This document shows, in pieces, positions 47,428 through 56,224 of a DNA stretch of 64,000 nt (positions are counted from its first letter, which is position 1; each line of letters starts with the position of its first letter). The stretch is taken from contig JAKLDJ010000005.1 of assembly GCA_022703585.1 (NCBI GenBank), positions 69,353 through 133,352 on the forward strand. The letters run 5' to 3'. The position numbers were made by a program, and so were the translations under genes. The notes beneath the pieces were generated by a model. The model made no database searches and had not been told where the DNA came from. It was given only the letters and a program-made list of their open reading frames with translations. Source of the DNA: Candidatus Omnitrophota bacterium. GTDB lineage: Bacteria; Omnitrophota; Gorgyraeia; Zapsychrales; JAKLDJ01.

Positions 47428-48434
47428 TTAAGGTTTAAAGCCTGCATGGTTTTAATGTTGTAATAACGGATATCGTCCATCGGGTTTGGAATGAGGCCTT
47501 TCTCAAATGCCTTCTTTAAGTCACCCACTGCCTGCTCGATCGTGCACCGAGGGCTAAATCCCAGCTCCCGGGAAATTTTCTCCGAAGAAATATGATAGGA
47601 GCGGTTATCGTCCGTGGGCTTGCGCGTGATCTGGATGCTTCCGTTGCCGATCACTTTCTTGACGGTTTCGGCGATCTCGTTGACGGTATAATTTTGGTAA
47701 CCGGCGTTAAAAATTTTCCCCGCGATTTTCTCTTTTGGGTATTCCAGTGATTGCACGTATAGATCGGTCACGTCGTCAATATGAATATTGGGCCGCTTCT
47801 GATCCCCACCAAAGACGGTGATCTTTCCGGCGTTAATGGCGTGATTGGTTAAAATATTAACGGTCAGGTCCAGCCGCAACCGCGGCGAATAGCCGCACAC
47901 CGTCGCCGGCCGTAAAATAAGCACGGTAAAATCATTTGATTGCTGTTCGAGTAAATATTTTTCGCACAAAGCCTTATATTTTGAATAATCGGTGAGCGGC
48001 TCTAAGGCCAGATCTTCGGTAACATTGGATTCTTTTTTAACCCCGTACACGCTGGAGCTGGAGGCAAAAATAAATCTTTTTACCTTTGCCTTTTTGGCAA
48101 TCGTAACCAGCGGCAGGAAGGCGTCGTAATTGATCGACTTGCCTAAATCCGGATTTAATTCATAGCTGGGGTCGTTGGAAATGCAAGCCAGATGAATGAC
48201 CGCGTCAATGCCCTTCATTTCTTTTGTGAGAAGTTTGGTATCGCGGATATCGCCCTTGACCTGCCTGAGATTGGGATTATCTTTTACGCTATCCAAAACG
48301 TGTTCCCCGTACATATAAAGATCGATCACCGTAACCTTGTAATCGCGGGCAAGAAGTTTTGGGATTAAAACAGCGCCGACATACCCGGCGCCTCCGGTGA
48401 CCAAAATATTTTTCATATCGTCAGGTTCTTTCAC
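47424..48434 (-). CDS. NAD-dependent epimerase/dehydratase (extended SDR)
   Basis: ILVTGGAGYVGAV and YSKYK. Confidence 0.8.
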   Translation of the reverse strand: MKEPDDMKNILVTGGAGYVGAVLIPKLLARDYKVTVIDLYMYGEHVLDSVKDNPNLRQVKGDIRDTKLLTKEMKGIDAVIHLACISNDPSYELNPDLGKSINYDAFLPLVTIAKKAKVKRFIFASSSSVYGVKKESNVTEDLALEPLTDYSKYKALCEKYLLEQQSNDFTVLILRPATVCGYSPRLRLDLTVNILTNHAINAGKITVFGGDQKRPNIHIDDVTDLYVQSLEYPKEKIAGKIFNAGYQNYTVNEIAETVKKVIGNGSIQITRKPTDDNRSYHISSEKISRELGFSPRCTIEQAVGDLKKAFEKGLIPNPMDDIRYYNIKTMQALNLK

Positions 48435-49374
48435 GGGATGATGCCTTTTTGTTTAAAAGACGCGCACACTCCCGGGCCACTGTCTTAGGCGAAATATAAT
48501 TCATGCAAAAGCGGTCGAATTTGCAGATCGGGGAATAGCACGGCGCGAAAGGACAATTCAACGTCGAGGCAACAATGTGGATATTGTCAATGCCCGTCAT
48601 GCGCAAATAATTGGTCGGCCCGTAGAGTGAAATGACCTTTTTACCCAGCGCCTGCGCCAGAATCTGGCCCAGCGAATCCGAGGTCACGATCACGCGGCAA
48701 CTTTCGATCCAGTCGATGTATTTGGCGACATTTTTATGCCCCTGCTGCCAGCTAAGCGAATAATCCTTTTTTAAGATCCCCTCAAGCTCTTTCCAGTATT
48801 TCATCGGCCAGGCCTTGGTCGGCCATTTGGGCCCGACCGCAAAATTAAATCCGATATCGTATTTCTCCCGGTTTCCCCTTTTACGCCCCAAAACCGGGCT
48901 CTGGCCTTTCCAACGGCCGCCTAAGGTTTCGAAAAGCAATTCAAAAGCGTTTTTGTGAATATAACGATGATTCTCCTGGCCGGTCAAAAGATATTGGGTG
49001 GAGCGTTTGTAGGTGGCGATGTCATAGATCCGGCTGTTAAAATAAAATCCGTATTTTTTCTTAGCCTTGATCTGCGCCAGATAGGTGCAAATCCCGATAT
49101 CCTTTTCCAGATTAACCAGAATATCGAATGAACGGCGGGTAATCTTCTTTAGGGTCTCGGGCCCGAAGATCAATATTTCGTCGATATAAGGATTGTCCTT
49201 TAACAGCGGACTCCCCTTAAAAGAAGTAATCCAGGTGACGCGGTCATTTTTGTAGAGATGCAAAATCGAAGTGCAGATCAAGACATCGCCAAGGCTGATA
49301 GTGGTCGAGATTTCCCGGTCGAGGAATTCGGAAAAACCTGTTTTTATAACGAGGACTTTCCTGCGGTTGTGCAT
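48421..49374 (-). CDS. Glycosyltransferase family 9 (heptosyltransferase-like)
   Basis: The track ORF starts inside the upstream gene. The internal ATG (MHNRRKVLVIKTGFSEFLD...) at 49374 abuts the rSAM stop. The GT9-typical start 'KVLVIK..G..GD' and a C-terminal GT-B half are present. Confidence 0.7.
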   Translation of the reverse strand: MHNRRKVLVIKTGFSEFLDREISTTISLGDVLICTSILHLYKNDRVTWITSFKGSPLLKDNPYIDEILIFGPETLKKITRRSFDILVNLEKDIGICTYLAQIKAKKKYGFYFNSRIYDIATYKRSTQYLLTGQENHRYIHKNAFELLFETLGGRWKGQSPVLGRKRGNREKYDIGFNFAVGPKWPTKAWPMKYWKELEGILKKDYSLSWQQGHKNVAKYIDWIESCRVIVTSDSLGQILAQALGKKVISLYGPTNYLRMTGIDNIHIVASTLNCPFAPCYSPICKFDRFCMNYISPKTVARECARLLNKKASSRERT

Positions 49375-49375
49375 G

Positions 49376-50278
49376 TTATTTCTGCTCCTTGTCGGAGGAA
49401 TCAAGCCGGATATCGACCGACGTATAACCGTATTCCTGCAAGTGATTCGTCTTGATCTTAACATCACAGGGGCTGCAGGTGCCATACGCGGCGCAGCCCC
49501 GATACAGGTGCTCAAGTTTTAAATCGGGATCCAAAAGATTGCCCAAAGCCATTTCTTTTCGATGGGCGTAGAGGTCCGAATGACAGCGGTAAACCGTCGC
49601 ATCAATTCCAACGGGAAGCACCGTATTGCGGCACAGGACGTGAGCGCGGACCACCTTGCCCTCACAGGCATCGGGATAACGGTATTTTAAATAGTCGCGG
49701 CCGTTATATTTTCCTAAAAATTCTTTGGTGCGAAATTCAACCCCTTGTTTTTTGGCGTACTCGCGGATTTCAGCGATCAATTCCGGATAGCCGGGATGAT
49801 CAATATGATAAAGGCCGATACTTAGGATTTGCTGAAATTCTTTGATGCGGTCGATCAATACTTTATAGTCGTTTTGTCCCTTATGAAAACTGACGCGTAT
49901 CGTCGGATACGGGGCGGGGCGTTTGTTCCAATCCAGCGTGCGCAGTTTCTTGAATTTCTCAACAGTTAAACTCGGCGGCAGGGCGGTTAAAATATCCATT
50001 TTGTGGTGAACATTGTCCAGGATCTCCCAAATGCCGTCATAAAGAAACGGCTCTCCTCCCTGGAGGGTCAACGGGATCCCCTGGGGCAATTGAAGGCGAT
50101 TAAGCGCCTCGATCCATTGGCCGGGCTTTAGTTCCGCGGCGCCTTTAATATTAATAAACTTCTCATTATAATTAGTAATACAATAGGGACAGGAAAGAAA
50201 ACAGCGGTTGGTCAGATAAATCCCCAGATAATCTGTGATGGCGGGAACAATGATGGGTTGAAGTTCTGCTTTTAGCAT
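49376..50278 (-). CDS. Radical SAM protein with C-terminal Cys-rich (SPASM/twitch-like) region
   Basis: CFLSCPYC is a CxxxCxxC motif. The C-terminal cysteines are CAAYGTCSPC. 300 aa. Confidence 0.75.
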   Translation of the reverse strand: MLKAELQPIIVPAITDYLGIYLTNRCFLSCPYCITNYNEKFINIKGAAELKPGQWIEALNRLQLPQGIPLTLQGGEPFLYDGIWEILDNVHHKMDILTALPPSLTVEKFKKLRTLDWNKRPAPYPTIRVSFHKGQNDYKVLIDRIKEFQQILSIGLYHIDHPGYPELIAEIREYAKKQGVEFRTKEFLGKYNGRDYLKYRYPDACEGKVVRAHVLCRNTVLPVGIDATVYRCHSDLYAHRKEMALGNLLDPDLKLEHLYRGCAAYGTCSPCDVKIKTNHLQEYGYTSVDIRLDSSDKEQK

Positions 50279-50507
50279 TTAAAAATCACCCGGCAGCTCG
50301 ACTTCTAAAAAGGCTGCATAATTTTGGTACAAATTTTATCCGCCTTCGTCAGAAAACTGCGGCCGTAAGGCCGCAAATAAAACAATTGGCGGATAACCCT
50401 ACGAAACTCAAACACGAAAGTATTTGAGTGAAGTAGGGTTATTGGCTTACGCAGGAAAGTTATTGTACCACAGAGAGTTAAGCGAGGCAATAATTGAAAA
50501 AGCAAGG

Positions 50508-50981
50508 TCAAAAGCGGTAAAAACCGCTCTTACCTCCGCTTTTGGAAAGGAGCCTTACATCTGAAATGGCGATACCGTGATCCGACCACTTCATCATGTC
50601 GTAAATCGTGAGGGCAGCTATCGTTACCGCAGTTAAGGCCTCCATTTCAACCCCGGTTCGGCCCAGGCAGGAAACCTCGGATTGGACGGTTACAGAGCGC
50701 TTTTTCTTATCGACTTCAAAACTCACGGCCACCTTGCTCAATTCCAAAGGGTGGCACATGGGGATGATGGTTGGCGTATTTTTAGCCGCCATAATACCGG
50801 CGACCTTGGCGGTTTCAAAAACGTCGCCTTTAGGAGAACCCTTTTTCAATAAGGCCTTAAATGCCTTTGGAGGAAATTTGACGGTCGCCGTAGCGATCGC
50901 CACGCGTTTGGTGACGGATTTTTGACTGATGTCGACCATGCCTTTGGATTGGTTAGATGATTTCATTTTTATCCCAGTCAT
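50508..50981 (-). CDS. moaC: Cyclic pyranopterin monophosphate synthase MoaC
   Basis: MVDISQKSVTKRVA..., PMCHPL and GVEMEALTAVTIAALTIYDM are canonical MoaC blocks. The true start may be an internal Met (M6 or M15). Confidence 0.85.
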   Translation of the reverse strand: MTGIKMKSSNQSKGMVDISQKSVTKRVAIATATVKFPPKAFKALLKKGSPKGDVFETAKVAGIMAAKNTPTIIPMCHPLELSKVAVSFEVDKKKRSVTVQSEVSCLGRTGVEMEALTAVTIAALTIYDMMKWSDHGIAISDVRLLSKSGGKSGFYRF

Positions 50982-51151
50982 TTAACAAGTTACCAACGTT
51001 ACAAATGTTACCAAAGTTAGAAAGGTTACCCAAAAAAGGTTTGTTGAGGTTACGCTAAGGTTTCCGCAACCTTTTTGTAACATCGCGCAACCTCTAAAAA
51101 GTAACCTCGGCAACCTTATTAACCTTTATAACCTTAGTAACCTGATATCTA
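50982..51151. repeat. Phased short-repeat array in the moeA-moaC spacer (GGTTAC/GTAACC-core, ~9-bp period)
   Basis: Forward strand: gttaccaac gttacaaat gttaccaaa gttagaaag gttacccaa ... ggttacg ... gtaacctcggc aaccttatt aacctttat aaccttagt aacctgat. There are 5+5 units with opposite polarity in the two halves. Confidence 0.6.
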
Positions 51152-52360
51152 TTACGAAAGATACTCAACAACTACCTTTCTCCCCTTCACTACCTTGCGC
51201 ACACCTTCCGGGACCTTGAACAAACAATCCGCCTTTACGACCGAAATGATATTGCCTGAACCCTGATGTTCAGATAGTTTAACAAACAATTCCCCTTCCC
51301 GCAACAAGGTCTTACCGCGCAGGATTTTTGTGCGCGCCGGATTTAATTTAATTTCTTCAGCTAAGATCGCGGTGGCGGTTTTGGTTAAAAAATCGCGGCG
51401 ACCCGACATTTTTAAAATGCAAGGCCGGACGAATTCGTGGAATGAAACCATGGTTGAAACCGGATTTCCGGGCAGGCCAAAAATGAGCGTTTTATTTTTC
51501 TTGGCAAAAAGTAAGGGCTTGCCCGGCTGCACCGCAACTTTGTGAAAAAATATTTTCGCGCCGAGTGTGCGCAAAACCGACGGCACCAAATCGCAATCTC
51601 CGACGGAAACACCGCCGGAAATTAAAAGGATGTCGCATTCAAAGCCGCTTTTTATTTTTGTAATTAGCGCGCGGCGGTCATCACGGGCAATGCCTAAAAG
51701 AATGGGCGCCCCCCCGCTTTCTTTGACTTGGGTAAAAAGGCTGTATTGATTGCTGCTGCGGATTTTTCCGGAGGAAAGTTTTTGGGTGACATTGAGCAAT
51801 TCGTTTCCGGTAACGAGAATGGCCGTCTTGGGCCTGCCAAAAACTTTTACAAAAGGCAGGCCCAAAGTCGCACATAATCCGACAATTGCCGGCGTAACCA
51901 AATTTCCTTTTTCAATGATCAGAGAATTTTTATGGGCGTCTTCGCCTTTAAAAGCGATGCCCTCGCCTTTTCGCACGGCCTGGCCTACAAAAACTTCATT
52001 GCCCTTTTGCCGGCAATATTCTTTCATCGCCACGCAATCCGCGCCTTTGGGGACAACGCCTCCGGTCATGATTTTAATCGCTTGGCCCTTTCCAATAATT
52101 TTCTTTGATGGACATCCGGCTTCAGCCACACCAATGATTTTCAACAGCTTGGGGAATTTTGCACTTTGCGCCTTGAGATCAACGCTTTTGACCGCAAACC
52201 CGTCCACGGTCGCACGGTTAAACGCCGGCAAATCGGTCGTGGTGCGAATATCTTGCGCCAAAACCCTTCCCTGCGCCTGTAAAAATCCCTCTCTCTCAAC
52301 CCCTTTTATCAGACGGGTTTTTTGAAAGATAATTTGTTTGGCGAGATTAATAGAAATCAT
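51152..52360 (-). CDS. moeA: Molybdopterin molybdotransferase MoeA
   Basis: 402 aa with MoeA blocks (FNRATVDGFAV, GLPGNPVS). Confidence 0.85.
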   Translation of the reverse strand: MISINLAKQIIFQKTRLIKGVEREGFLQAQGRVLAQDIRTTTDLPAFNRATVDGFAVKSVDLKAQSAKFPKLLKIIGVAEAGCPSKKIIGKGQAIKIMTGGVVPKGADCVAMKEYCRQKGNEVFVGQAVRKGEGIAFKGEDAHKNSLIIEKGNLVTPAIVGLCATLGLPFVKVFGRPKTAILVTGNELLNVTQKLSSGKIRSSNQYSLFTQVKESGGAPILLGIARDDRRALITKIKSGFECDILLISGGVSVGDCDLVPSVLRTLGAKIFFHKVAVQPGKPLLFAKKNKTLIFGLPGNPVSTMVSFHEFVRPCILKMSGRRDFLTKTATAILAEEIKLNPARTKILRGKTLLREGELFVKLSEHQGSGNIISVVKADCLFKVPEGVRKVVKGRKVVVEYLS

Positions 52361-52417
52361 TAATAAGCACCCAATTCACAGATTAAGCAATACTTCCTCA
52401 GAAATTCCTACCCGCCT

Positions 52418-53005
52418 TTACCTGCCGAAGCTGCCCATCGACGGTATCGACATCTTTGTGTATCCAGCCGGAATTTCAAAAAGGTCAGCAGATTGTGCCT
52501 TAGCCGAAATATTTTTATATTCGGTGCTCCAGCTTCCGTCTTCGGCTTCGATCTTAATCGGAAATTTTCCGTCCTTGAGCCACTGAAAAACGGTCATGCG
52601 ACGGCCTCCTTCAATATAAGTCACTTTAAACTTTTCCGCCGGTTGTCCGTTAACGACCTCTGCCCCCAAAGAGATACGCTCGACCTCTCCGTCAAAATTC
52701 TTTGACGCCTTAGGCGCCTGGGACATATTAATCGGCTGCTCCATATACATCTTTTCCGAAGGCATAATGATCCAGGAAACCTTTTTGTCATTGCGGACAA
52801 TAATAATGCTCTCCGGCGTCTCCATGCGCGATTTTTCTCCCGAGACAAAAATCTTAGCGCTCATCGTTCCCGCACTCGAGCGGCTGACCATATCGGCAGA
52901 AAAATCCTCCGCCCACGCGGAACAAGTGATTCCCACGGCCAAAATCATCACAAAAAACAATACCGCCGGCACAACGCTTAAAAACTTTTTGTTCTTTTTA
53001 TCCAT
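52418..53005 (-). CDS. Secreted hypothetical protein (LolA-like/DUF4412-like?)
   Basis: 195 aa with a signal peptide (AVLFFVMILAVGITCSAWA). Confidence 0.5.
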   Translation of the reverse strand: MDKKNKKFLSVVPAVLFFVMILAVGITCSAWAEDFSADMVSRSSAGTMSAKIFVSGEKSRMETPESIIIVRNDKKVSWIIMPSEKMYMEQPINMSQAPKASKNFDGEVERISLGAEVVNGQPAEKFKVTYIEGGRRMTVFQWLKDGKFPIKIEAEDGSWSTEYKNISAKAQSADLFEIPAGYTKMSIPSMGSFGR

Positions 53006-53034
53006 GACAACCTCCTGTTAATGGAACGTTAAAC

Positions 53035-53463
53035 TTAAAATCCCTTTTTAGGGACTGCCCCCTTTTTGGAATCGATTTCTTCAATTGTAACCGGAATAAC
53101 GCCTTTTTTCAAATCCGCGATTCTTGAAAATGCCATTTTGCTTAAGTCAATAATCCTGCCCTGGTTATACAGGCGTATGCCCGGCCCAAAATCATTGTGC
53201 CGGACCACCACGCATTTACCGTTTTCGGTATTACACACCCGGTAATACTTGCCGTAATCGTTCTTTCGCATAGCGCAGGTTAAGCCGTAGTTGTTATGCC
53301 TCTTGCCTGTTGCCGCCAGCTTAACCACATACCAGGCCGCCTCGCCCGTCGTAGGATACTCACCCTTGACCGGCTTGTAATCTTCGCAACCGCCTAGAGA
53401 TAACAACACAGCGCCGGCGAGGATCGAGGTAAAGATGTTCTGGTTTTGGCGCATAGGCCTCAC
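53035..53463 (-). CDS. RlpA-like double-psi beta-barrel lipoprotein
   Basis: Lipobox LSLGGC. The DPBB block GEAAWY...G..TA......G...RV.N..NGK.VVVR.ND.GP...GRIIDLS matches the RlpA family. Confidence 0.75.
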   Translation of the reverse strand: MRPMRQNQNIFTSILAGAVLLSLGGCEDYKPVKGEYPTTGEAAWYVVKLAATGKRHNNYGLTCAMRKNDYGKYYRVCNTENGKCVVVRHNDFGPGIRLYNQGRIIDLSKMAFSRIADLKKGVIPVTIEEIDSKKGAVPKKGF

Positions 53464-53488
53464 CCGCTATCAAACCAATGACAGCCCT

Positions 53489-54487
53489 TTATTTCTCCGT
53501 TTTCTTATTTGAAATCAGCGCCTTAAGCGCCGTATTTTCTGCGAGAGCATACACCACAAACATGCGCCCTTTAAGGCGCAAATGTTCATTGGGGTAGCGC
53601 AAGACCTCGCTGTCTTCGACCCAGCCGAAAAATTCCCGGCTTAATGCCGTCGAGAAATCGAACAAATCCACGCCTTCTTTCTCCAGCAGCGAACGCAATA
53701 CCGCGACGTTATCGCGAAGACGCACGCGAAATTCCGTCCCCAGATATTTTTCGATTGTTTGGTAATCCAACGGAGTCACGTACACGATCGGTTGGATACC
53801 GGCCGCCTTTAACGTCCGCACCGTGTCCAGCAGGGATTGGATTTTACGGTGCCGGGGTGTAAGCGTATACAAAAAGCGGAACATGAGTTTTTTGCGGACA
53901 TTTTCATCAGTGGGAAAATAATACCCGGGATTATCAAAATCCCTGACCCGGCCCAGATAACGGGTTCCGTCAAAGACCGGTGCATATTCATAGGCAAACT
54001 GAGAAATGCGCGGCTCGAAAATTTTAAAAACCGATAGCGGTTTCATAAATTTCATCACCGGAGTATCCTTGTAATTTAAAATAATCCGCTCCCGGTCAAA
54101 TTGCCATAAGGGTTGCAAATCCCATTCCGGAGAAAATGACCTCATATTGACCGGCACCACTACATATCCCGGACGGTAACCTTTACGCACGACATAACGG
54201 CTATAAACGTCAAAGACATCGGTTTGATACGCGGCGTGAGTTACCTTCACCACCCGAGCCGGGCGAACCAACAGCGCCAAAAGGGCGGGCATGCTGGAAT
54301 CGTTAGCATCGCTGGCCGCGCTCCAGTTGACGGCACTGTCCCCCAGATAAATCACATCCGCCCCGCGCGTTAAGGCAAAATCCAATAATTTGATTTCGTT
54401 AGGGATATCGACCTTGCCGGGCCAAACCGCCTGCGCGCAAAAGACCAGGCCGGTAAGTAATATTCCTTTAAGGAAAAATTTTCTCAT
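53489..54487 (-). CDS. SGNH-hydrolase-like periplasmic protein (AlgJ/PatB/DltD-like partner of MBOAT)
   Basis: Signal peptide, then the GDS motif VIYLGDSAV near the N-terminus. It is adjacent to and co-directional with the MBOAT gene. Confidence 0.6.
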   Translation of the reverse strand: MRKFFLKGILLTGLVFCAQAVWPGKVDIPNEIKLLDFALTRGADVIYLGDSAVNWSAASDANDSSMPALLALLVRPARVVKVTHAAYQTDVFDVYSRYVVRKGYRPGYVVVPVNMRSFSPEWDLQPLWQFDRERIILNYKDTPVMKFMKPLSVFKIFEPRISQFAYEYAPVFDGTRYLGRVRDFDNPGYYFPTDENVRKKLMFRFLYTLTPRHRKIQSLLDTVRTLKAAGIQPIVYVTPLDYQTIEKYLGTEFRVRLRDNVAVLRSLLEKEGVDLFDFSTALSREFFGWVEDSEVLRYPNEHLRLKGRMFVVYALAENTALKALISNKKTEK

Positions 54488-54496
54488 AGGTTTCGG

Positions 54497-55981
54497 TTAA
54501 AATTGAAAATAAATAAAAGGAATTTCTTTGCTCACCCCTAAATTCATCACCGTCCAGATACAGGCAAGATAAACGGCCCAGCGAAGAACAACCGGCCGCG
54601 CCGAAAAAAATGTTTGCAGCGTCTGCAGCTCTTGGGCAACATCATTTTGCGCGCATGAGGCCTCCTGGAACACCTGCAGGCCCAAGACTAAAAGGATCAA
54701 CCCGACGGAGAAAACAAATTCCCCCTGCGACAACCCGATCGCGCTTTCAATGCCATGCACCGACAACCCGCCCCATCCTGCGGTCAAATGCGAAAAGATA
54801 TACACCGCATCCCCCATACTGCTGGCCCGAAAGAACACCCACGCCGCGCAAACCAGAACAAAAACAATGATCCGGCGCAAAAATCGGTGCACCGCCGGCT
54901 GCCGCTCCAATCCCAAAATTTGCACCGCGCCCGCCCTTATTCCCCGGCTCCATCGGGAAATAAGATAATACAATCCGTGCAACCCGCCCCAGACTAAAAA
55001 AGTCCAATTAGCGCCATGCCACAAACCGCTTAAAAGAAACGTTACCATAATATTGACGTGCCAGCCCCAGGCCGAAACCCGGCTGCCGCCCAGAGAAATA
55101 TAAACGTAATCCCGAAACCAGGTGGATAAAGAAATATGCCAGCGGTGCCAAAAATCCGCAATCGATTCCGCCAGATACGGCCGGCGGAAATTTTGCATAA
55201 GCCTGAATCCTAAAACCTGTGCCGCACCGATAGCAATATCGGAATAGCCGGCAAAATCACAATAGATCTGAAACGCAAAAAATACCGTGGCAATGACCAA
55301 AGCCGGGCCCTGATGCTCGGAAAGATTGCCGTACACTTGATTGACCGCCAAAGCCAGGCGGTCGGCGATGACCACTTTCTGGAACATGCCCCAGAGCATT
55401 AGTTTTAGCCCTTGGGTCACCCGGGTATAATCAAAATCGTGGCGCTCGTCAAACTGGGGCAAAAGATGTTTAGCCCTTTCAATGGGCCCGGCAACCAATT
55501 GCGGAAAAAACATGACGTACAAAGCATAGATCCCAAAACGGCGTTCTGCTTTAAAATGGCGGCGGTAAACTTCGATGACATAATTTAAACTCTGGAAGGT
55601 ATGAAAGGACAGGCCAATCGGCAAGATGAGCCCTAAGGTTTCCGGCTTATAATTCCAATGCAACAGTTCCGCCAGTCGCGCCAAATTGGCATTAAAGAAA
55701 TTAAAATATTTAAAGACAAATAAAACCGCGCAGGTGGCAACGATACTCACCAAAAGGTATACCCGGCGCGCCCTCCCTTCGGCCCGCTCGATTAACAGTG
55801 CCGCCGTGTAATCGATGACGATGAGGATAAAAAGGACCAAAATATAGACCGGAATAAAGGCCATGTAAAAGACGCAGCTGGCAACCAAGAGCCACAGCCA
55901 GCGCCAACGGTAGGGCAAAACAAAATGTATAGAGGCAACGATGGGGAAAAAAATCAGGAATTGAAGCGAATTAAAGGTCAC
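54497..55981 (-). CDS. MBOAT family membrane O-acyltransferase (AlgI/PatA/DltB-like)
   Basis: 494 aa, polytopic. The conserved His block LSGLWHGANWTFLVWGGLHG is present. Confidence 0.85.
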   Translation of the reverse strand: MTFNSLQFLIFFPIVASIHFVLPYRWRWLWLLVASCVFYMAFIPVYILVLFILIVIDYTAALLIERAEGRARRVYLLVSIVATCAVLFVFKYFNFFNANLARLAELLHWNYKPETLGLILPIGLSFHTFQSLNYVIEVYRRHFKAERRFGIYALYVMFFPQLVAGPIERAKHLLPQFDERHDFDYTRVTQGLKLMLWGMFQKVVIADRLALAVNQVYGNLSEHQGPALVIATVFFAFQIYCDFAGYSDIAIGAAQVLGFRLMQNFRRPYLAESIADFWHRWHISLSTWFRDYVYISLGGSRVSAWGWHVNIMVTFLLSGLWHGANWTFLVWGGLHGLYYLISRWSRGIRAGAVQILGLERQPAVHRFLRRIIVFVLVCAAWVFFRASSMGDAVYIFSHLTAGWGGLSVHGIESAIGLSQGEFVFSVGLILLVLGLQVFQEASCAQNDVAQELQTLQTFFSARPVVLRWAVYLACIWTVMNLGVSKEIPFIYFQF

Positions 55982-56147
55982 GGGATTTGATGGCTGAATG
56001 TTTCGCTAGGGTTTTGGGAATAATCTTTTTTTAGTGCAGGGCTATTATATTACATTTGCTCCTTGAGGCAAGAACTTTTGGCCCAAAGCGGGACAATCCC
56101 TTCGAATTTCGCACAGAGCAATCAGTGGCATGCGACGAGCGACTAAT

Positions 56148-56218
56148 CTTGCGACTTGCGTCTTGTGTCTTGTGACTTGCAACTTGTGTCTTGCGACTTG
56201 TGACTTGTGCCTTGCACC
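56148..56218. repeat. Degenerate heptanucleotide tandem array (TTGYGNC x10; GTCACAA-type on minus strand)
   Basis: cttgcgac ttgcgtc ttgtgtc ttgtgac ttgcaac ttgtgtc ttgcgac ttgtgac ttgtgcc ttgcacc. The same heptad recurs at about 56950-56985 and about 58285-58310. Confidence 0.7.
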
Positions 56219-56224
56219 TATTCA

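Noticed and set aside
50305-50511. 68-aa minus-strand ORF in the moaC downstream spacer
   Set aside because: It covers the hairpin-rich spacer and has no RBS. It is more plausibly non-coding structured sequence.
50982-51151. Moco riboswitch upstream of moaC
   Set aside because: The spacer is dominated by short phased direct repeats rather than the multi-stem Moco motif. I cannot recall the Moco consensus precisely, so I left this as needing a cmsearch test rather than calling it.
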